A DNA stretch of 64,000 nt from Myxococcales bacterium (GCA_040348565.1 JBEQSW010000431.1:4656-68655), one strand, 5' to 3'. Numbered from the stretch's first letter, positions 51,192 through 61,559 are shown. The notes: a model not told the origin generated them from the letters alone. Numbers and translations are program-made.

Positions 51192-51838
51192 CAGGCGGCC
51201 TCGTAGACGCGAGACGCTTCGTCGACAGAATCGAAACAGATCAGCCGGCCTTCGCGCAGCACGGCACAACGTTGGCAGTAGTCTCTGATCGTACCCATCT
51301 GGTGCGAGACGATGATGACCGAAGAGCGGCCGCTTCGTTCCTGGAACGCCTCGCGGCATTTTCGCTGGAAATGCGAGTCACCCACTGCGGTCACCTCGTC
51401 CACGAGGTAGGCATCGAACTCGATCGCCATGCTTAGCCCGAAGGCCAGCCGTGCCTTCATGCCCGAGGAATAGGTCTTGACCGGCATGTAGAAGTACTCG
51501 CCAAGCTCCGCAAAATCCATGGTGAAGCCGACGACCTCGTCGACGTCTGCGCCGTAGATGCGCGCCACGAATCGGCAGTTTTCTTCACCGTTCAGCGAGC
51601 CATTGAAACCGCCGCTGAAACCGATCGGCCACGAGACGGTGCCACTGCGCCGAACGATGCCGCTGTCCGGCTGCTCGGTGCCCGCGATCACGCGCAGCAA
51701 CGTCGACTTTCCCGAGCCGTTGCGGCCCAAAATGCCGATGTTCGTGCGCAACGGAAATGAAAACGAAATGGCGTCCAGCACCACGTTCGAGCCCGAACGC
51801 GTGGGGTAGATCTTCGTGACGTTTTCGAGGTCGATCAT
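51191..51838 (-). CDS. kpsT: Capsule ABC transporter ATPase KpsT
   Basis: 'GRNGSGKST', 'YSSGMKARLAFGLSMAIEFD.YLVDEVTAVGD'. Confidence 0.95.
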   Translation of the reverse strand: MIDLENVTKIYPTRSGSNVVLDAISFSFPLRTNIGILGRNGSGKSTLLRVIAGTEQPDSGIVRRSGTVSWPIGFSGGFNGSLNGEENCRFVARIYGADVDEVVGFTMDFAELGEYFYMPVKTYSSGMKARLAFGLSMAIEFDAYLVDEVTAVGDSHFQRKCREAFQERSGRSSVIIVSHQMGTIRDYCQRCAVLREGRLICFDSVDEASRVYEAA

Positions 51839-52605
51839 GAGATTTCCAGTTTCCGGCGAGCCATGCGCTCGAGGCCCAGGCCGAAGAAGAGCAGGACGAG
51901 GATCCAAATGGCCGGGTACCAGGGGTCGACGTGACGTGCGTGGTAACCGGGGAACCAGCCATCGCGCACCAGCTCGATGGCGTGAACGATGGGATTCATG
52001 AGCAAGACCTCGCGAAACCCTCGCGGCAGCGACTCCACCGGGTGGAACACCGCCGACAGCCAGAAGATCGGCCGGATTATAGCGGGGAACACCTGTTCCA
52101 CGCTACGGCTGTACACGCTCAACCCGCAGCAAAGTAGCCCAAACGAGGCACCCAAGCCGGCAGCGAGGCCGAGGCCGAGGACGGTATCCAGCAGGCTCTG
52201 GACCTTGAATTCGCCTTGGTAGAGCGCAACTCCACCCATGAGAACGGCCATCACTACCAACTGGGTGACGCCTTCCAGGACGGCGCGCGCGATGACGAGG
52301 TCGAGCGGACGAACCAAGGGGTAGAAGAGCAGCCCCTTGTTGGAGTCGATGGCGGAAAGACAGCGCGTTGCCGTCTCTCGAAAAAGCGAGAAGGGGACGA
52401 TGCCGGTCGTGAGGAAGGCGACGGTCGACATGCCTGGGGGCGTGGGGTGACCAAAAGCGTAGTAAAGGCACGCAAACATGCCGATCCACAGCACGGGATG
52501 GGCCAGGGCCCACAGGTATCCCAATTGGGCTTCGCCGAAGCGCGTCTTGGTTTCACGCAGAAGAAGCGCGTGAACGACGTGCAGCTGACTCAGCGTTCCC
52601 CTCAT
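51835..52605 (-). CDS. kpsM: Capsule ABC transporter permease KpsM
   Basis: 'ALLLRETKTRFG..LGYLWAL', 'NPIVHAIELVR'. Confidence 0.93.
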   Translation of the reverse strand: MRGTLSQLHVVHALLLRETKTRFGEAQLGYLWALAHPVLWIGMFACLYYAFGHPTPPGMSTVAFLTTGIVPFSLFRETATRCLSAIDSNKGLLFYPLVRPLDLVIARAVLEGVTQLVVMAVLMGGVALYQGEFKVQSLLDTVLGLGLAAGLGASFGLLCCGLSVYSRSVEQVFPAIIRPIFWLSAVFHPVESLPRGFREVLLMNPIVHAIELVRDGWFPGYHARHVDPWYPAIWILVLLFFGLGLERMARRKLEIS

Positions 52606-52609
52606 GGCT

Positions 52610-52987
52610 TCACTCGGAAGGCGAGCTGTCGCCGTAGACGTCGGGCACGAAGAGCCAGTCGCGACCGTTGAGGCACGCAAGTCGCAGCGTGGCGCGTCGC
52701 GTTGCGTTGGACGTGATGTGGAGGGGTCGACAGGTCCGTCCGCTTGCCGCGGTGTAAGACTCCTCGGCGACGACCGTAGCGTCACCCACCCGTTGCGTCG
52801 AGCCGCTCGGCAGCGTCGCAATCTGTCCGAGCAACGCTCGCTCGCTTGCGGTTCGAGCTTCCACGGTGCGTCCGGTATCGTTCGCGTCGGCTGCCTCACG
52901 GGCGCTGACGGTCGGTCGCCGAGCGCAACCCCCGAGGAAGACGAGAGCCGCCACCGTGACCCAAGCCTCAGACGGAGAAAGGCCCAT
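52610..52987 (-). CDS. DVU3141-like small lipoprotein
   Basis: Lipobox 'LGGC'; 'YTAASGRTCR...RLAC....W'. Start uncertain. Confidence 0.7.
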   Translation of the reverse strand: MGLSPSEAWVTVAALVFLGGCARRPTVSAREAADANDTGRTVEARTASERALLGQIATLPSGSTQRVGDATVVAEESYTAASGRTCRPLHITSNATRRATLRLACLNGRDWLFVPDVYGDSSPSE

Positions 52988-53127
52988 TTGTTCCGCTGTA
53001 TCCTTCGCAAAGCATGCGGCGCGCATCATGCTTCGAATGGCAGACCCAGGCAACACGCGGCCTTGCTCGAGGCGACCAACACCGATAAGGTCGCCCAAGC
53101 CACGGATCTCGCCGGGAAAGACAGTGC

Positions 53128-54792
53128 ATGGCGCCTGACGAGACTCACGAAGAACGCGGCCCGTCGGCCCTGGAGGGCTTCCACCGCGAAGTGGCTTGCT
53201 GGCCGCACGGCGAGCCGTTGCCGGAGTTCTTCTGGCGGGACGACGACGTCACGCGCGTCGTCCCGAGCTTGGAGAGTTTCCTGCAGCTCTCGGATCGACG
53301 AAACATTCCCATCGCTTTTGCGGCAATCCCCACTCAACTGACGTCTGGGGCTGCGCAAGCGATTCGTGCTTCCAAGTTGTGTCGCATCGCGGCACACGGT
53401 TTCACGCATACGAGCCACGCGACCGCGGATCAGCCGGACAATGAGTACCCTGCCGGTCGGGCTTCGGCGACGGTGTTGAGGGAGCTGCAAGAGGGGCAAA
53501 AGCTCATCAAGGAGAAAGCGCGCGACCGCTATCTCAGCATGTTCGTGCCCCCCTGGGGGCGCTTCGACGTGAGCTACGATGCGCTGCTCGCTCGCGCCGG
53601 CATCGTCAGCTATTCGGGCAGTGCCACCGCGGCGCGCTACAGCGTGCCGGTGCAGATGGATTGTCACATCCTGACCGAGCACGGCAAGGCGGCGCTTGCG
53701 TTGGACTTCGTCCTGCGCCGAATAACGCGCCACCTCGAGGTGCGTCGTAGTGGCCGCCTTCCCCGGCTCATGCCGATCGGCTTGATGACGCACCACCGGA
53801 CGTTCGGCTCGGAGCTAGAGGTGGCGCTCGACGAAATCTTGGAGATCATCCAGGCCGCGGGTTTCCGGTTCGTCGACTTCGAGCTGATCGATCGCGTCGC
53901 AGCCCGCGCCGAGGCGGGCCAGGCGGCACCGCTCGCTCAGTCCACCAAGACATGGGGAGGGAAGGATGGGCTCCGCCTTCCTCAACCGGGCGAGCCGGAT
54001 CTCAGCTTTGCCGAGCTCCTGCTGCGAAAGACGCTGCCGCAGCCCGACGAGGGTTTCGTCGGCCTGGAGCGTGTTCTGCTCGAAATCGCGATGGCGAGCC
54101 CCATCTCGGTGTTGCGCTATACGCACCTCAAGGACGCCGTCTCGGCGCTACCGCCGGGCGCGCGTGTTCTGAGCGCGGGTTGTGGGAAGGCCCTGGCCGA
54201 AGTGGCGTTGGCGATCTCGAACCCGGACGTTTCTTGGTTGGCCGTAGACATTGATCCTACGCGCTACCAACACGCCGCCAGCATCGCGCGGAACGCGGAT
54301 GTCCCCAACGTACGCTTTGCCCAGGCTGACCTGGATCAAGCCGGCGGCTGGGACTTCGGCCAGGTGGACGCTATCATCGTGTCCGAGGTTGCCATGTATT
54401 TGCAGCAGCCTGCGAAGACCTTCGCTGCTCTTCGAGCGCACCTCAATCCGTCCGGGACGTTGACGTGCATCGAGCCCTTTTTGACGGACGGCGACCCGAC
54501 GTTGCTCGAGAAGCTTCGGCAGCATACGGCGAGTCTGCACGGCGGGTTTACGCACGAGCAGATGCGCACTCTCGTCGCCGGGATGGAAGTGCTGAGTCTT
54601 TGCAACTGCTACTGGCACGCCCCCGATCAGCTTTTGAAGATGCTCTGGGACCAGATGTCCGCCACTGAGAGCTGGGGCTTGGTCGACCTCATGTTCGCGA
54701 TGGCGCAGCTGGACCTGAGCGACACGATGGCCACGCATCGCCGCGAGGCGACGGCGGTGAAGATCGTGGCGCGAGCCACCACGCTACCGTAG
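53128..54792 (+). CDS. Polysaccharide deacetylase-like domain fused to class I SAM methyltransferase
   Basis: 'WRDDD', 'HGFTH', 'FVPPWGR', 'GLMTHH' (CE4-like); 'VLSAGCGKA', 'AVDID' (SAM binding). Confidence 0.8.
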   Translation: MAPDETHEERGPSALEGFHREVACWPHGEPLPEFFWRDDDVTRVVPSLESFLQLSDRRNIPIAFAAIPTQLTSGAAQAIRASKLCRIAAHGFTHTSHATADQPDNEYPAGRASATVLRELQEGQKLIKEKARDRYLSMFVPPWGRFDVSYDALLARAGIVSYSGSATAARYSVPVQMDCHILTEHGKAALALDFVLRRITRHLEVRRSGRLPRLMPIGLMTHHRTFGSELEVALDEILEIIQAAGFRFVDFELIDRVAARAEAGQAAPLAQSTKTWGGKDGLRLPQPGEPDLSFAELLLRKTLPQPDEGFVGLERVLLEIAMASPISVLRYTHLKDAVSALPPGARVLSAGCGKALAEVALAISNPDVSWLAVDIDPTRYQHAASIARNADVPNVRFAQADLDQAGGWDFGQVDAIIVSEVAMYLQQPAKTFAALRAHLNPSGTLTCIEPFLTDGDPTLLEKLRQHTASLHGGFTHEQMRTLVAGMEVLSLCNCYWHAPDQLLKMLWDQMSATESWGLVDLMFAMAQLDLSDTMATHRREATAVKIVARATTLP

Positions 54793-54984
54793 TGGCAGCC
54801 GCGGGCTGAGGCGGGGGCGGCATTCTGCCAGAAAAGGCCGGGTTTTGCGGCGCTTCGCGATAGGATCTTCATGACGTCGCGAAACTTGAGTACGACCTCA
54901 CGACTCGATGCCTTCACCGAAGTTACCTCGATCTCAGGGATCGATTGTTGGCAGCTGCCGCCAGGCGGACAGCACGGGGCGCGG

Positions 54985-55968
54985 ATGACGGACTCCGGAC
55001 GGAACATCAGCCGTTCGCTCGAGGCGGCCTACTGGCGCGTCCTCAGAAAGCAAGTAAGGGCCGACAACATCATGAGCGGGGCTCGAGAAACCTTCGTCGA
55101 ACGCTTGAAACGCAACTACCTGGGCGGCAATGGAGCGGGGCCGACTGCGCTCCCCGATGTGCCAAGAGCAGCACCGGCCGTACCGGCGCCCCGCGTGAAG
55201 GAGCGCCCTCTGGTCAAAGCGCCGGCGGAGGCGCCCGAGGCGCTCGAGGCGAAAGCCAAGGCTCGCTTACCGCTGCCGTTCTATGGCATCGAGCAGCAGT
55301 CCTTTCGAGACCGCGAGGTCATCTTTACGTGCGTGGTGGGTGATCGCCATTTCTTGGCGGAACCGCACGCGACGACCGGGTACGAGCACGTGCTGTACGT
55401 CGATCGCGACTTGAATTTCGAAGCCTGGAACCAGCGCCCGCTGTTGTTCTGGGACGCGGCCCCCAAGCTCATCACGTTGTTTCACAAGTATTCGCTATCG
55501 GCGCTGGTTGCCGAAGGCACGAAAATGCTGTGGGTCGATTCTCGCGTCGAGATAACGGCCGAGGTCGCGCGGAACATCTTCGCCTCCCTGGACAACAGCG
55601 ACTTGTGCTTGTTCAAGCACTACGAGCGCGACTGCGTCTATGACGAAATGTTGGCCGTTCTGGAGGCAAAGCGTTCGTCGGCGGCACAATGCGAGGAATA
55701 CGCTCGCCTCCTGCGCGAGCAGAGCTTCCCTCGCAATCGCGGCCTGTTCGAAACGGGCGTGATGGGGTTCCGGATTTGCCCCGAAGTGATCGCACTGTTT
55801 CGGAAGGTGTTCGGGCTTTGTTACCGTTACGCATCCCGCGATCAGCTCGCGCTGCCGGTGGCGCTCGCGGGCAGCGGAGTAAGCTTTCACTTGTACGACG
55901 GGGGCGAGACCAACCTCCGGAGCGCCGAGGGCGTCACGGTGAAGTCGTGGAAGGACCTACCGAAATGA
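54985..55968 (+). CDS. DUF616 (TOD1/MUCI70-like) glycosyltransferase
   Basis: 'FTCVVG', 'LWVDS', 'FKHYERDCVYDE', 'RDQLAL'. Start uncertain. Confidence 0.75.
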   Translation: MTDSGRNISRSLEAAYWRVLRKQVRADNIMSGARETFVERLKRNYLGGNGAGPTALPDVPRAAPAVPAPRVKERPLVKAPAEAPEALEAKAKARLPLPFYGIEQQSFRDREVIFTCVVGDRHFLAEPHATTGYEHVLYVDRDLNFEAWNQRPLLFWDAAPKLITLFHKYSLSALVAEGTKMLWVDSRVEITAEVARNIFASLDNSDLCLFKHYERDCVYDEMLAVLEAKRSSAAQCEEYARLLREQSFPRNRGLFETGVMGFRICPEVIALFRKVFGLCYRYASRDQLALPVALAGSGVSFHLYDGGETNLRSAEGVTVKSWKDLPK

Positions 55969-56798
55969 GCGCAACTTATACCGTCCTGGTGCCCGTATTC
56001 AACGCCACCTCCGTGGTCACGCGGACGCTGAGCTATCTATTGTATAGCGGACTGGAAGCTCGGGACATCATCGTCGCCGACGATTGCTCGACCGAACCGG
56101 CGATGGCCGAGCTCCAGCGCTGGGCTACCGCGCAAGGCGTCCGCTGGCAGAGGGTGGAACAGAACCTCGGTTACACCCGCAATATCAATCGCTGCCTGGC
56201 CGAGGTCACGACCGACCAGGTGTTGGTCGTGAATTCGGATTGCTTCATCACCCGCCAGTCCGTCGAGAAGCTCTCTGGAGTGCTGCAAAAATTCGACATG
56301 GTGGGGTGCGCAGGCCCCCTGTCGTCGAATGCTGGCCACCAGACTATCCAGCTCAAGCGCGACATTCGTTGGCAAGCCCTCAGCAACGACGAGGTGCGCC
56401 ATTTTTCCGAGCGAATCGAGCGATTGCTCGCCGAAGAATTCGGCTTGCGCCCCTGGCTGATGCCTAGCGTCAATGGGTTCTGTTGCTTGTGGCGGACCAG
56501 CGTTCTGCGTGACCTCAACTATTTCGACGGCGAGGAGTTCCCGCGGGGCTATGGCGAGGAAGACGACGCCTGTCTACGGCTGATGGAGACGGGTCGATTT
56601 GCCGCGATCGTACCGTTCGTTTTCGCACCCCACCTCAAGACGCAAAGCTTCTCGACGAAGGAGCGCGACGCGCTAAAGAGCCATGCGCAGAACAAATTGC
56701 GCATGAAGTTCTCCAACGCCTACATCGATCGATTGCTCAACCACAATGCTCGCAATCCGCAACTAGCCGAGCTCAAGCGAATCGCGATTGGAGCGTAG
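55965..56798 (+). CDS. GT2 family glycosyltransferase
   Basis: 'VLVPVFN', 'DDCST', 'NLGYTRNIN', 'NSD', 'GYGEEDD'. Confidence 0.9.
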   Translation: MSATYTVLVPVFNATSVVTRTLSYLLYSGLEARDIIVADDCSTEPAMAELQRWATAQGVRWQRVEQNLGYTRNINRCLAEVTTDQVLVVNSDCFITRQSVEKLSGVLQKFDMVGCAGPLSSNAGHQTIQLKRDIRWQALSNDEVRHFSERIERLLAEEFGLRPWLMPSVNGFCCLWRTSVLRDLNYFDGEEFPRGYGEEDDACLRLMETGRFAAIVPFVFAPHLKTQSFSTKERDALKSHAQNKLRMKFSNAYIDRLLNHNARNPQLAELKRIAIGA

Positions 56799-56799
56799 A

Positions 56800-57513
56800 A
56801 TGGGGCAGGACCTGCTGAAGAGAGTGAACGCCGGCGAGTTCGACGCCCTCGACTTTGGTTGCGGCAACGGCGGCTCCGCCGATTTCGTCAAGAAGCAGTT
56901 CGGGTACCAGCGCATCGCGGGCATCGAGCTAGACCCCAAGAAGATCGAGGTCGCTCGGAGCGCTGGTCTCGAGGTGCTGCAAGCTGACGCGACTACGGTC
57001 GGGGTTAAAAAGGGTGCCGTGGCGGCCAGCTTCATGTTCCACTTCTTGGAGCACCTGAAGAATCTGGCGGACGCTCGCAAGGTGATGATGCAGGCGTGCA
57101 CGGCCGCACGAGATTTCGTCTTGATCCGGCAACCTTTCTTTGGAGCGGACGAACAGCTGTTGGAGCGAGGTCTGAAGCTGGCCTGGTCGACGTGGCGGAC
57201 GCACGCCAACCGGATGACCACGCTGGCGTTTCATTCCATCCTCAGTGAGCTGGCCGAGAAGCAATATCTGCAGGATTTCGTCATCAACTACGCCATCCCC
57301 ATCGAATCGACGGAGGACACTCAGGTGATCCCGCTCGCTACGGGCAGCGAAGAGCTTTTTTACGACGAGGCCAAGCATGGCCCGAAGCAGATCTTCCCCT
57401 TGACCAACGTCTACCGCGAGGTTTGTATCATCATCAGAGTGGGGGCCAGCATTCCCCTCGAAAAGATAGAACGAGCCTCGCGTGTCGCGCGTCGCGTATT
57501 TCCAGCTGCGTAG
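56800..57513 (+). CDS. Class I SAM-dependent methyltransferase
   Basis: 'LDFGCGNG', 'GIELD', 'HFLEHL'. Confidence 0.85.
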   Translation: MGQDLLKRVNAGEFDALDFGCGNGGSADFVKKQFGYQRIAGIELDPKKIEVARSAGLEVLQADATTVGVKKGAVAASFMFHFLEHLKNLADARKVMMQACTAARDFVLIRQPFFGADEQLLERGLKLAWSTWRTHANRMTTLAFHSILSELAEKQYLQDFVINYAIPIESTEDTQVIPLATGSEELFYDEAKHGPKQIFPLTNVYREVCIIIRVGASIPLEKIERASRVARRVFPAA

Positions 57514-58774
57514 ACTTGCTGGCTGGCTGCCAGCCCTCGTCGTCACGTTGGGCCTGGCTTGCACCACGATGGAGCGTCCGCGTGCCAAGCCCGCCGCCAC
57601 TGGAGCACCCTCGAGCCCGAGCCCGCAAACGGCGACGGCGGCGGCGGACCGAGGCGTCTTCGACGTCGTAGCCTACGGCGCCAATGGTCAAGACGATCTC
57701 GATGACACGCTGGCCGTCCAGCGCGCGATCGACGCTGCTGTCCGCGAACCGGGAAGTGTCGTCCAAGTACCTGCCGGCACGTATTACCTGGCCGATCGAG
57801 CTCCCGAGGATTCGGTTTCGCTGCGGATCGACGGAGCCCGACGCTTGACCTTCAGCGGGGCTGGCATCGACGCGACCGTGTTCGTTCTGAGATCGGAACG
57901 AGACGCGCACATGATCGCGCTTTCGAGCTGCCACGACGTCAGCGTCAGCGGCTTCACGCTCGACGGTCGGCGCGAGGGGCGCAAGGACACCCACGGCTTG
58001 AGGGTAGCGGACAGCTCGGACGTGCGGTTGACGACTCTCCGAATCCATTCGACGGCTCATTACGGCATCGGTTTGCAGCAGGGGACGTTGCAACGGATCT
58101 GGATCGAGCACGTGTGGATCGACGACACCGGCGGCGACGGCATCGATTTCAAGAACACCGAAAACGACAACCGGGACTTGGTCATCCGCGACGTGCATAT
58201 TTCGCGACCGGGTCAGACTGCCGACAAACAGACCGGCGTCGACATCCGCGGGCCAGCGCAGCTAGACGACGTGTTCGTCAGCGGTGTGCGCAGTGGCGCG
58301 ACCGGCATTCGTTTTCGCGAGGATGGCCCGGATACCGGTCTTGGCGGACATCATTCCCGTTTGTCGCGTTTCAAGGTGGAGGGGGACGCGGGTAGCTCCG
58401 GCGTCGCGATCGCCGCTGACGACGTGTCGATAGACTCCGGCGTGGTCGTCGGCACCGACACGGGTGTGGTGATGCTGGGCAAGTCGGCACGCGTCAAGGA
58501 CGTAGCGGTCCGTGGTGCGCGCTACGCGTTCAGGGTCACCACCGAAGCTCGTGATTCGCGCCTGGTCTCGTGTAGCGGGGATTCTGGGCGAGCGGGGGTA
58601 TGGCTGGAAGGGGCCAACGCAATCGTGCAAAGCTCGAGCTTCGCGCACAATCGCGTTTGCGGAGTCTGCGTACGGCCTTCAGCCACCGCCCTGCAGCTGC
58701 TCTCGAACCATTTCGAGGACAACGGCGTTTCGGTCGACGATGAGGGTGCTTCCACCAACATCATTCCCCCTTGA
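57482..58774 (+). CDS. Lipoprotein with right-handed beta-helix (pectate-lyase-3 superfamily)
   Basis: Lipobox 'GLAC'; 'FDVVAYGANG.D..DDT.AVQRAIDAA...VQVPAGTY'; repeated beta-helix rungs. Confidence 0.82.
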   Translation: MSRVAYFQLRRLAGWLPALVVTLGLACTTMERPRAKPAATGAPSSPSPQTATAAADRGVFDVVAYGANGQDDLDDTLAVQRAIDAAVREPGSVVQVPAGTYYLADRAPEDSVSLRIDGARRLTFSGAGIDATVFVLRSERDAHMIALSSCHDVSVSGFTLDGRREGRKDTHGLRVADSSDVRLTTLRIHSTAHYGIGLQQGTLQRIWIEHVWIDDTGGDGIDFKNTENDNRDLVIRDVHISRPGQTADKQTGVDIRGPAQLDDVFVSGVRSGATGIRFREDGPDTGLGGHHSRLSRFKVEGDAGSSGVAIAADDVSIDSGVVVGTDTGVVMLGKSARVKDVAVRGARYAFRVTTEARDSRLVSCSGDSGRAGVWLEGANAIVQSSSFAHNRVCGVCVRPSATALQLLSNHFEDNGVSVDDEGASTNIIPP

Positions 58775-59654
58775 AGCCAACGAGTTTCGCGAGCTTCGAG
58801 TCTGCCCAGAAGCCAGCAGGATCCTGTCGGAGCTTCTGAAGCTTGCGAGCCAGTCGTGCCGTTGGCGACGCGCTTCTTCCCAGCCAGTGGGCACGGGTAA
58901 GGCGTAGCCATGGGAGTGTTCCCCAGCTGGACGTGCCGGAGCCGTCCAAAAGGTTTGAAACGAGCGTGCGCCAGAAGCTGGGGTCACCCACCAGGTCTTG
59001 AGGAACCACGCGCGCCAGCCGCCGTAGACCGAGGTCAGGGGGAGCCCCGTCGCCCATTTCGAATACGGGCGTACCGGCGCGCTTCGCATCCCAAGCCAAG
59101 GGCCCGTTGGGTGCCAGAACCGCATCGACGTGGCCCAGTAGCGATTCGATGACGCGGCTCGTCGGCAGCCACACTACGCCGCCTTGTGCGCCGGCTCGCG
59201 CGGTGGGGCGCAAGAAATGTGGCTGAGGGTGGTGCAAGCCGGTGATCTCTGTCAGCCGCCTTGCCCCGACTCGTAACTCGGGGGCTACCAGCACCCACGG
59301 CCGGGTAGCAGCGGGGCTTCCTAGCCGCGCCCAACTGGGCAGTGGACGTGCCAAGCGATGCCAATCATCACCCTCGTGGCTCGTGGGCCAGCAAGCGCGG
59401 TTTGCGCCGAGTGTTGCCTGTTCGCGTTCGTTCCCCGTGAGCGTCACTGGATCTTCCCCCCACAGCACGGTGAGCAGGGGAAGCGCGCACGAGCCCGGCT
59501 CGAGTCGCAGCACGCGCCCGCTGGGCGGTAAATCCGCAGATCGCACCATACGCGTGGTGAGACGAAGTCGGCGATCTCGGCTCAATAGCCACGCCGCGCG
59601 CAAAAGCGCAGCGCTTCGTCCCACCAGCTCGAGCGTGAGATGGTACCTCGTCAA
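58761..59654 (-). CDS. Capsule-locus hypothetical protein
   Basis: TTG start overlapping the upstream stop; C-terminal 'RKLQKLRQDPAGFWADSK' amphipathic motif of a kind seen in capsule proteins. Confidence 0.55.
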   Translation of the reverse strand: MTRYHLTLELVGRSAALLRAAWLLSRDRRLRLTTRMVRSADLPPSGRVLRLEPGSCALPLLTVLWGEDPVTLTGNEREQATLGANRACWPTSHEGDDWHRLARPLPSWARLGSPAATRPWVLVAPELRVGARRLTEITGLHHPQPHFLRPTARAGAQGGVVWLPTSRVIESLLGHVDAVLAPNGPLAWDAKRAGTPVFEMGDGAPPDLGLRRLARVVPQDLVGDPSFWRTLVSNLLDGSGTSSWGTLPWLRLTRAHWLGRSASPTARLARKLQKLRQDPAGFWADSKLAKLVGFKGE

Positions 59655-60712
59655 GGGCTCTCGCCGAGGTCGAGGGCGTGCAGCCAACTCGTGACGTGGG
59701 AGCTGGCCATCCCGTGCGCAGCAACGTGATTCATTGCTTTGCCTCCGATGTCGCAGCGCCGATCTAGGTCGAGCATGAGGTGGAGCTGTCGGTACCAATC
59801 TTGTTCGTCGTCACAGAGCACGACGGGCGCCCCCAGCTCTTGGTGACGCAACAGGTCGTCATTCTTGGAAGCCAGCGTCGGGCAGACGAACGCGGCGGAT
59901 TCGAGAAATTTGATCGCCGACTTGCAGTCGTTGAAGTCGTTCGGGACGAGCGGAGCCAAATTCACCCAAGTACTGCCGAGATGCTTCGGAAGGTGGTCGT
60001 AGCTCACCTTGGGCAGCCAGCGGACACGCGCCTGCGGCAGCCCAGGGATGGCTAGTCGGAGTGGGCCGAAAAGCTCGAGCGTGACCTCGGGGCATTTTTT
60101 CATGAACTCACTCAATGGAGCGAGGATGCTTGCGAAGTCGAGATCGTGGCTGGGCGAGCCGGAAAAGTAGCGAAGCACCAGTCGATCTCCAATGCTGAAG
60201 CGCGGGTAAAGCGCCCGACCTTGTTCGACCCAGGTTCGTGACAATCCGTTGGGAACGACAGTTACTCGAGCCAGCGGGCGTTGCTCGAGCAGGCGCGTCG
60301 CCAGGGCTCGTGTCGAAACGATGAAGTGATCGAACACATCGAGCGTTGCTGCATAGCCTGCCAATCGGTGAGGAACGCCGTGGCTGTGTCGTACTGACGC
60401 AGGCAGGCCGCTCACATTTCCGGCAAACAAGAGATCGTCGAAGTCGGCCACCAGTCGTGTTCCGGCACCTCGCAGCGCCCCGAGCGTCCGCTCGAATGAG
60501 GGCGTCATGCACGGTCGGACGCACACGACAGTGTGTGCCCGTTTCGCGACCGAGCGCGGCAAGCTATCCGACAGGACCGCTTCGGCACCACGAGTGAGCT
60601 CGATAAAGTGGCCAATCCGATACCTGCATGAAGCGTACGCCCGACCGCTTCGAACCCCCTGATACCAGAAGCAGACACCACGCGCGGACGGAAGAAGCGG
60701 TCGTCTCGACAC
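59651..60712 (-). CDS. GT-B fold glycosyltransferase (GT4-like)
   Basis: 'RYRI', 'ADFDDLLF', 'VSTRAL', 'VVPN', 'YFSGSPSH..D', 'NLAPL...FNDCKSAIKFLE'. Confidence 0.85.
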   Translation of the reverse strand: MSRRPLLPSARGVCFWYQGVRSGRAYASCRYRIGHFIELTRGAEAVLSDSLPRSVAKRAHTVVCVRPCMTPSFERTLGALRGAGTRLVADFDDLLFAGNVSGLPASVRHSHGVPHRLAGYAATLDVFDHFIVSTRALATRLLEQRPLARVTVVPNGLSRTWVEQGRALYPRFSIGDRLVLRYFSGSPSHDLDFASILAPLSEFMKKCPEVTLELFGPLRLAIPGLPQARVRWLPKVSYDHLPKHLGSTWVNLAPLVPNDFNDCKSAIKFLESAAFVCPTLASKNDDLLRHQELGAPVVLCDDEQDWYRQLHLMLDLDRRCDIGGKAMNHVAAHGMASSHVTSWLHALDLGESP

Positions 60713-60746
60713 TTGGAAACCCTGGCCGCCGGCTCCGTAAATCGCT

Positions 60747-61559
60747 TCAGCGCTTCTTCTTCACGACGCCGTCCAGCTCCAGCAAGACGCCCAGCAGATC
60801 TTCCATTTGATCGAGGGGCCACATGTTGGGGCCGTCGCTGAGGGCTTTGTCGGGGTCGGGGTGGGTTTCGAGGAAGATGCCGGCGACGCCGACGGCGACG
60901 GCGGCGCGGGCCAGGGTGGGGACGAGCGCGCGCTGCAGGCCGCCGGGGCCGAAGCCGCCGGGCTGTTGGACGGAGTGGGTGGCGTCGAAGACGACGGGGC
61001 AGCCGGTTTGTTTCATGACGTCCAGCGCGCGCATGTCGGAGACGATGGCGTCGTAGCCGAAGCAGGCGCCGCGCTCGCACAGCATGATCTGTTCGTTGCC
61101 GGCGTCCTTCAGCTTGTTGACGACGTCTTGTAGATCCCACGGGGCCATGAACTGGCCGCGCTTGACGTGCACCGGCTTGCCCGCTGCCGCCACGCGCTGC
61201 ATGAAGCTGGTCTGGCGCACCAAAAACGCCGGTGTTTGCAGCACGTCGACGACGCTGGCTACTTCACTCACCGGAGTGTCTTCGTGCACGTCGGTGATGA
61301 CGGGCACGCCCAGCTCTTTCTTGACCAGATCGAGGATGCGAAGCCCCTTGTCCATGCCGGGGCCGCGGTACGCCTTGCCCGACTTGCGATTGGCCTTGTC
61401 GAAGCTGGATTTGAAGATGAAGGGGATGCCGAGCCGCTCCGCGATACCCTTGAGGGTGTGGGCGGTGCGCAGAGTCAGCTCTTGCGTCTCGATCACGCAG
61501 GGGCCCGCGATCAAGAAGAGAGGCTTCTCGTTTCCGACTTCGAAATCCAGCAACTTCAT
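60747..61559 (-). CDS. kdsA: Kdo-8-phosphate synthase
   Basis: 'IAGPCVIE', '[10 protein letters not shown]', 'TDVHE', 'ERG..FGY', '[11 protein letters not shown]', 'ETHPDP..ALSDG'. Confidence 0.96.
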   Translation of the reverse strand: MKLLDFEVGNEKPLFLIAGPCVIETQELTLRTAHTLKGIAERLGIPFIFKSSFDKANRKSGKAYRGPGMDKGLRILDLVKKELGVPVITDVHEDTPVSEVASVVDVLQTPAFLVRQTSFMQRVAAAGKPVHVKRGQFMAPWDLQDVVNKLKDAGNEQIMLCERGACFGYDAIVSDMRALDVMKQTGCPVVFDATHSVQQPGGFGPGGLQRALVPTLARAAVAVGVAGIFLETHPDPDKALSDGPNMWPLDQMEDLLGVLLELDGVVKKKR

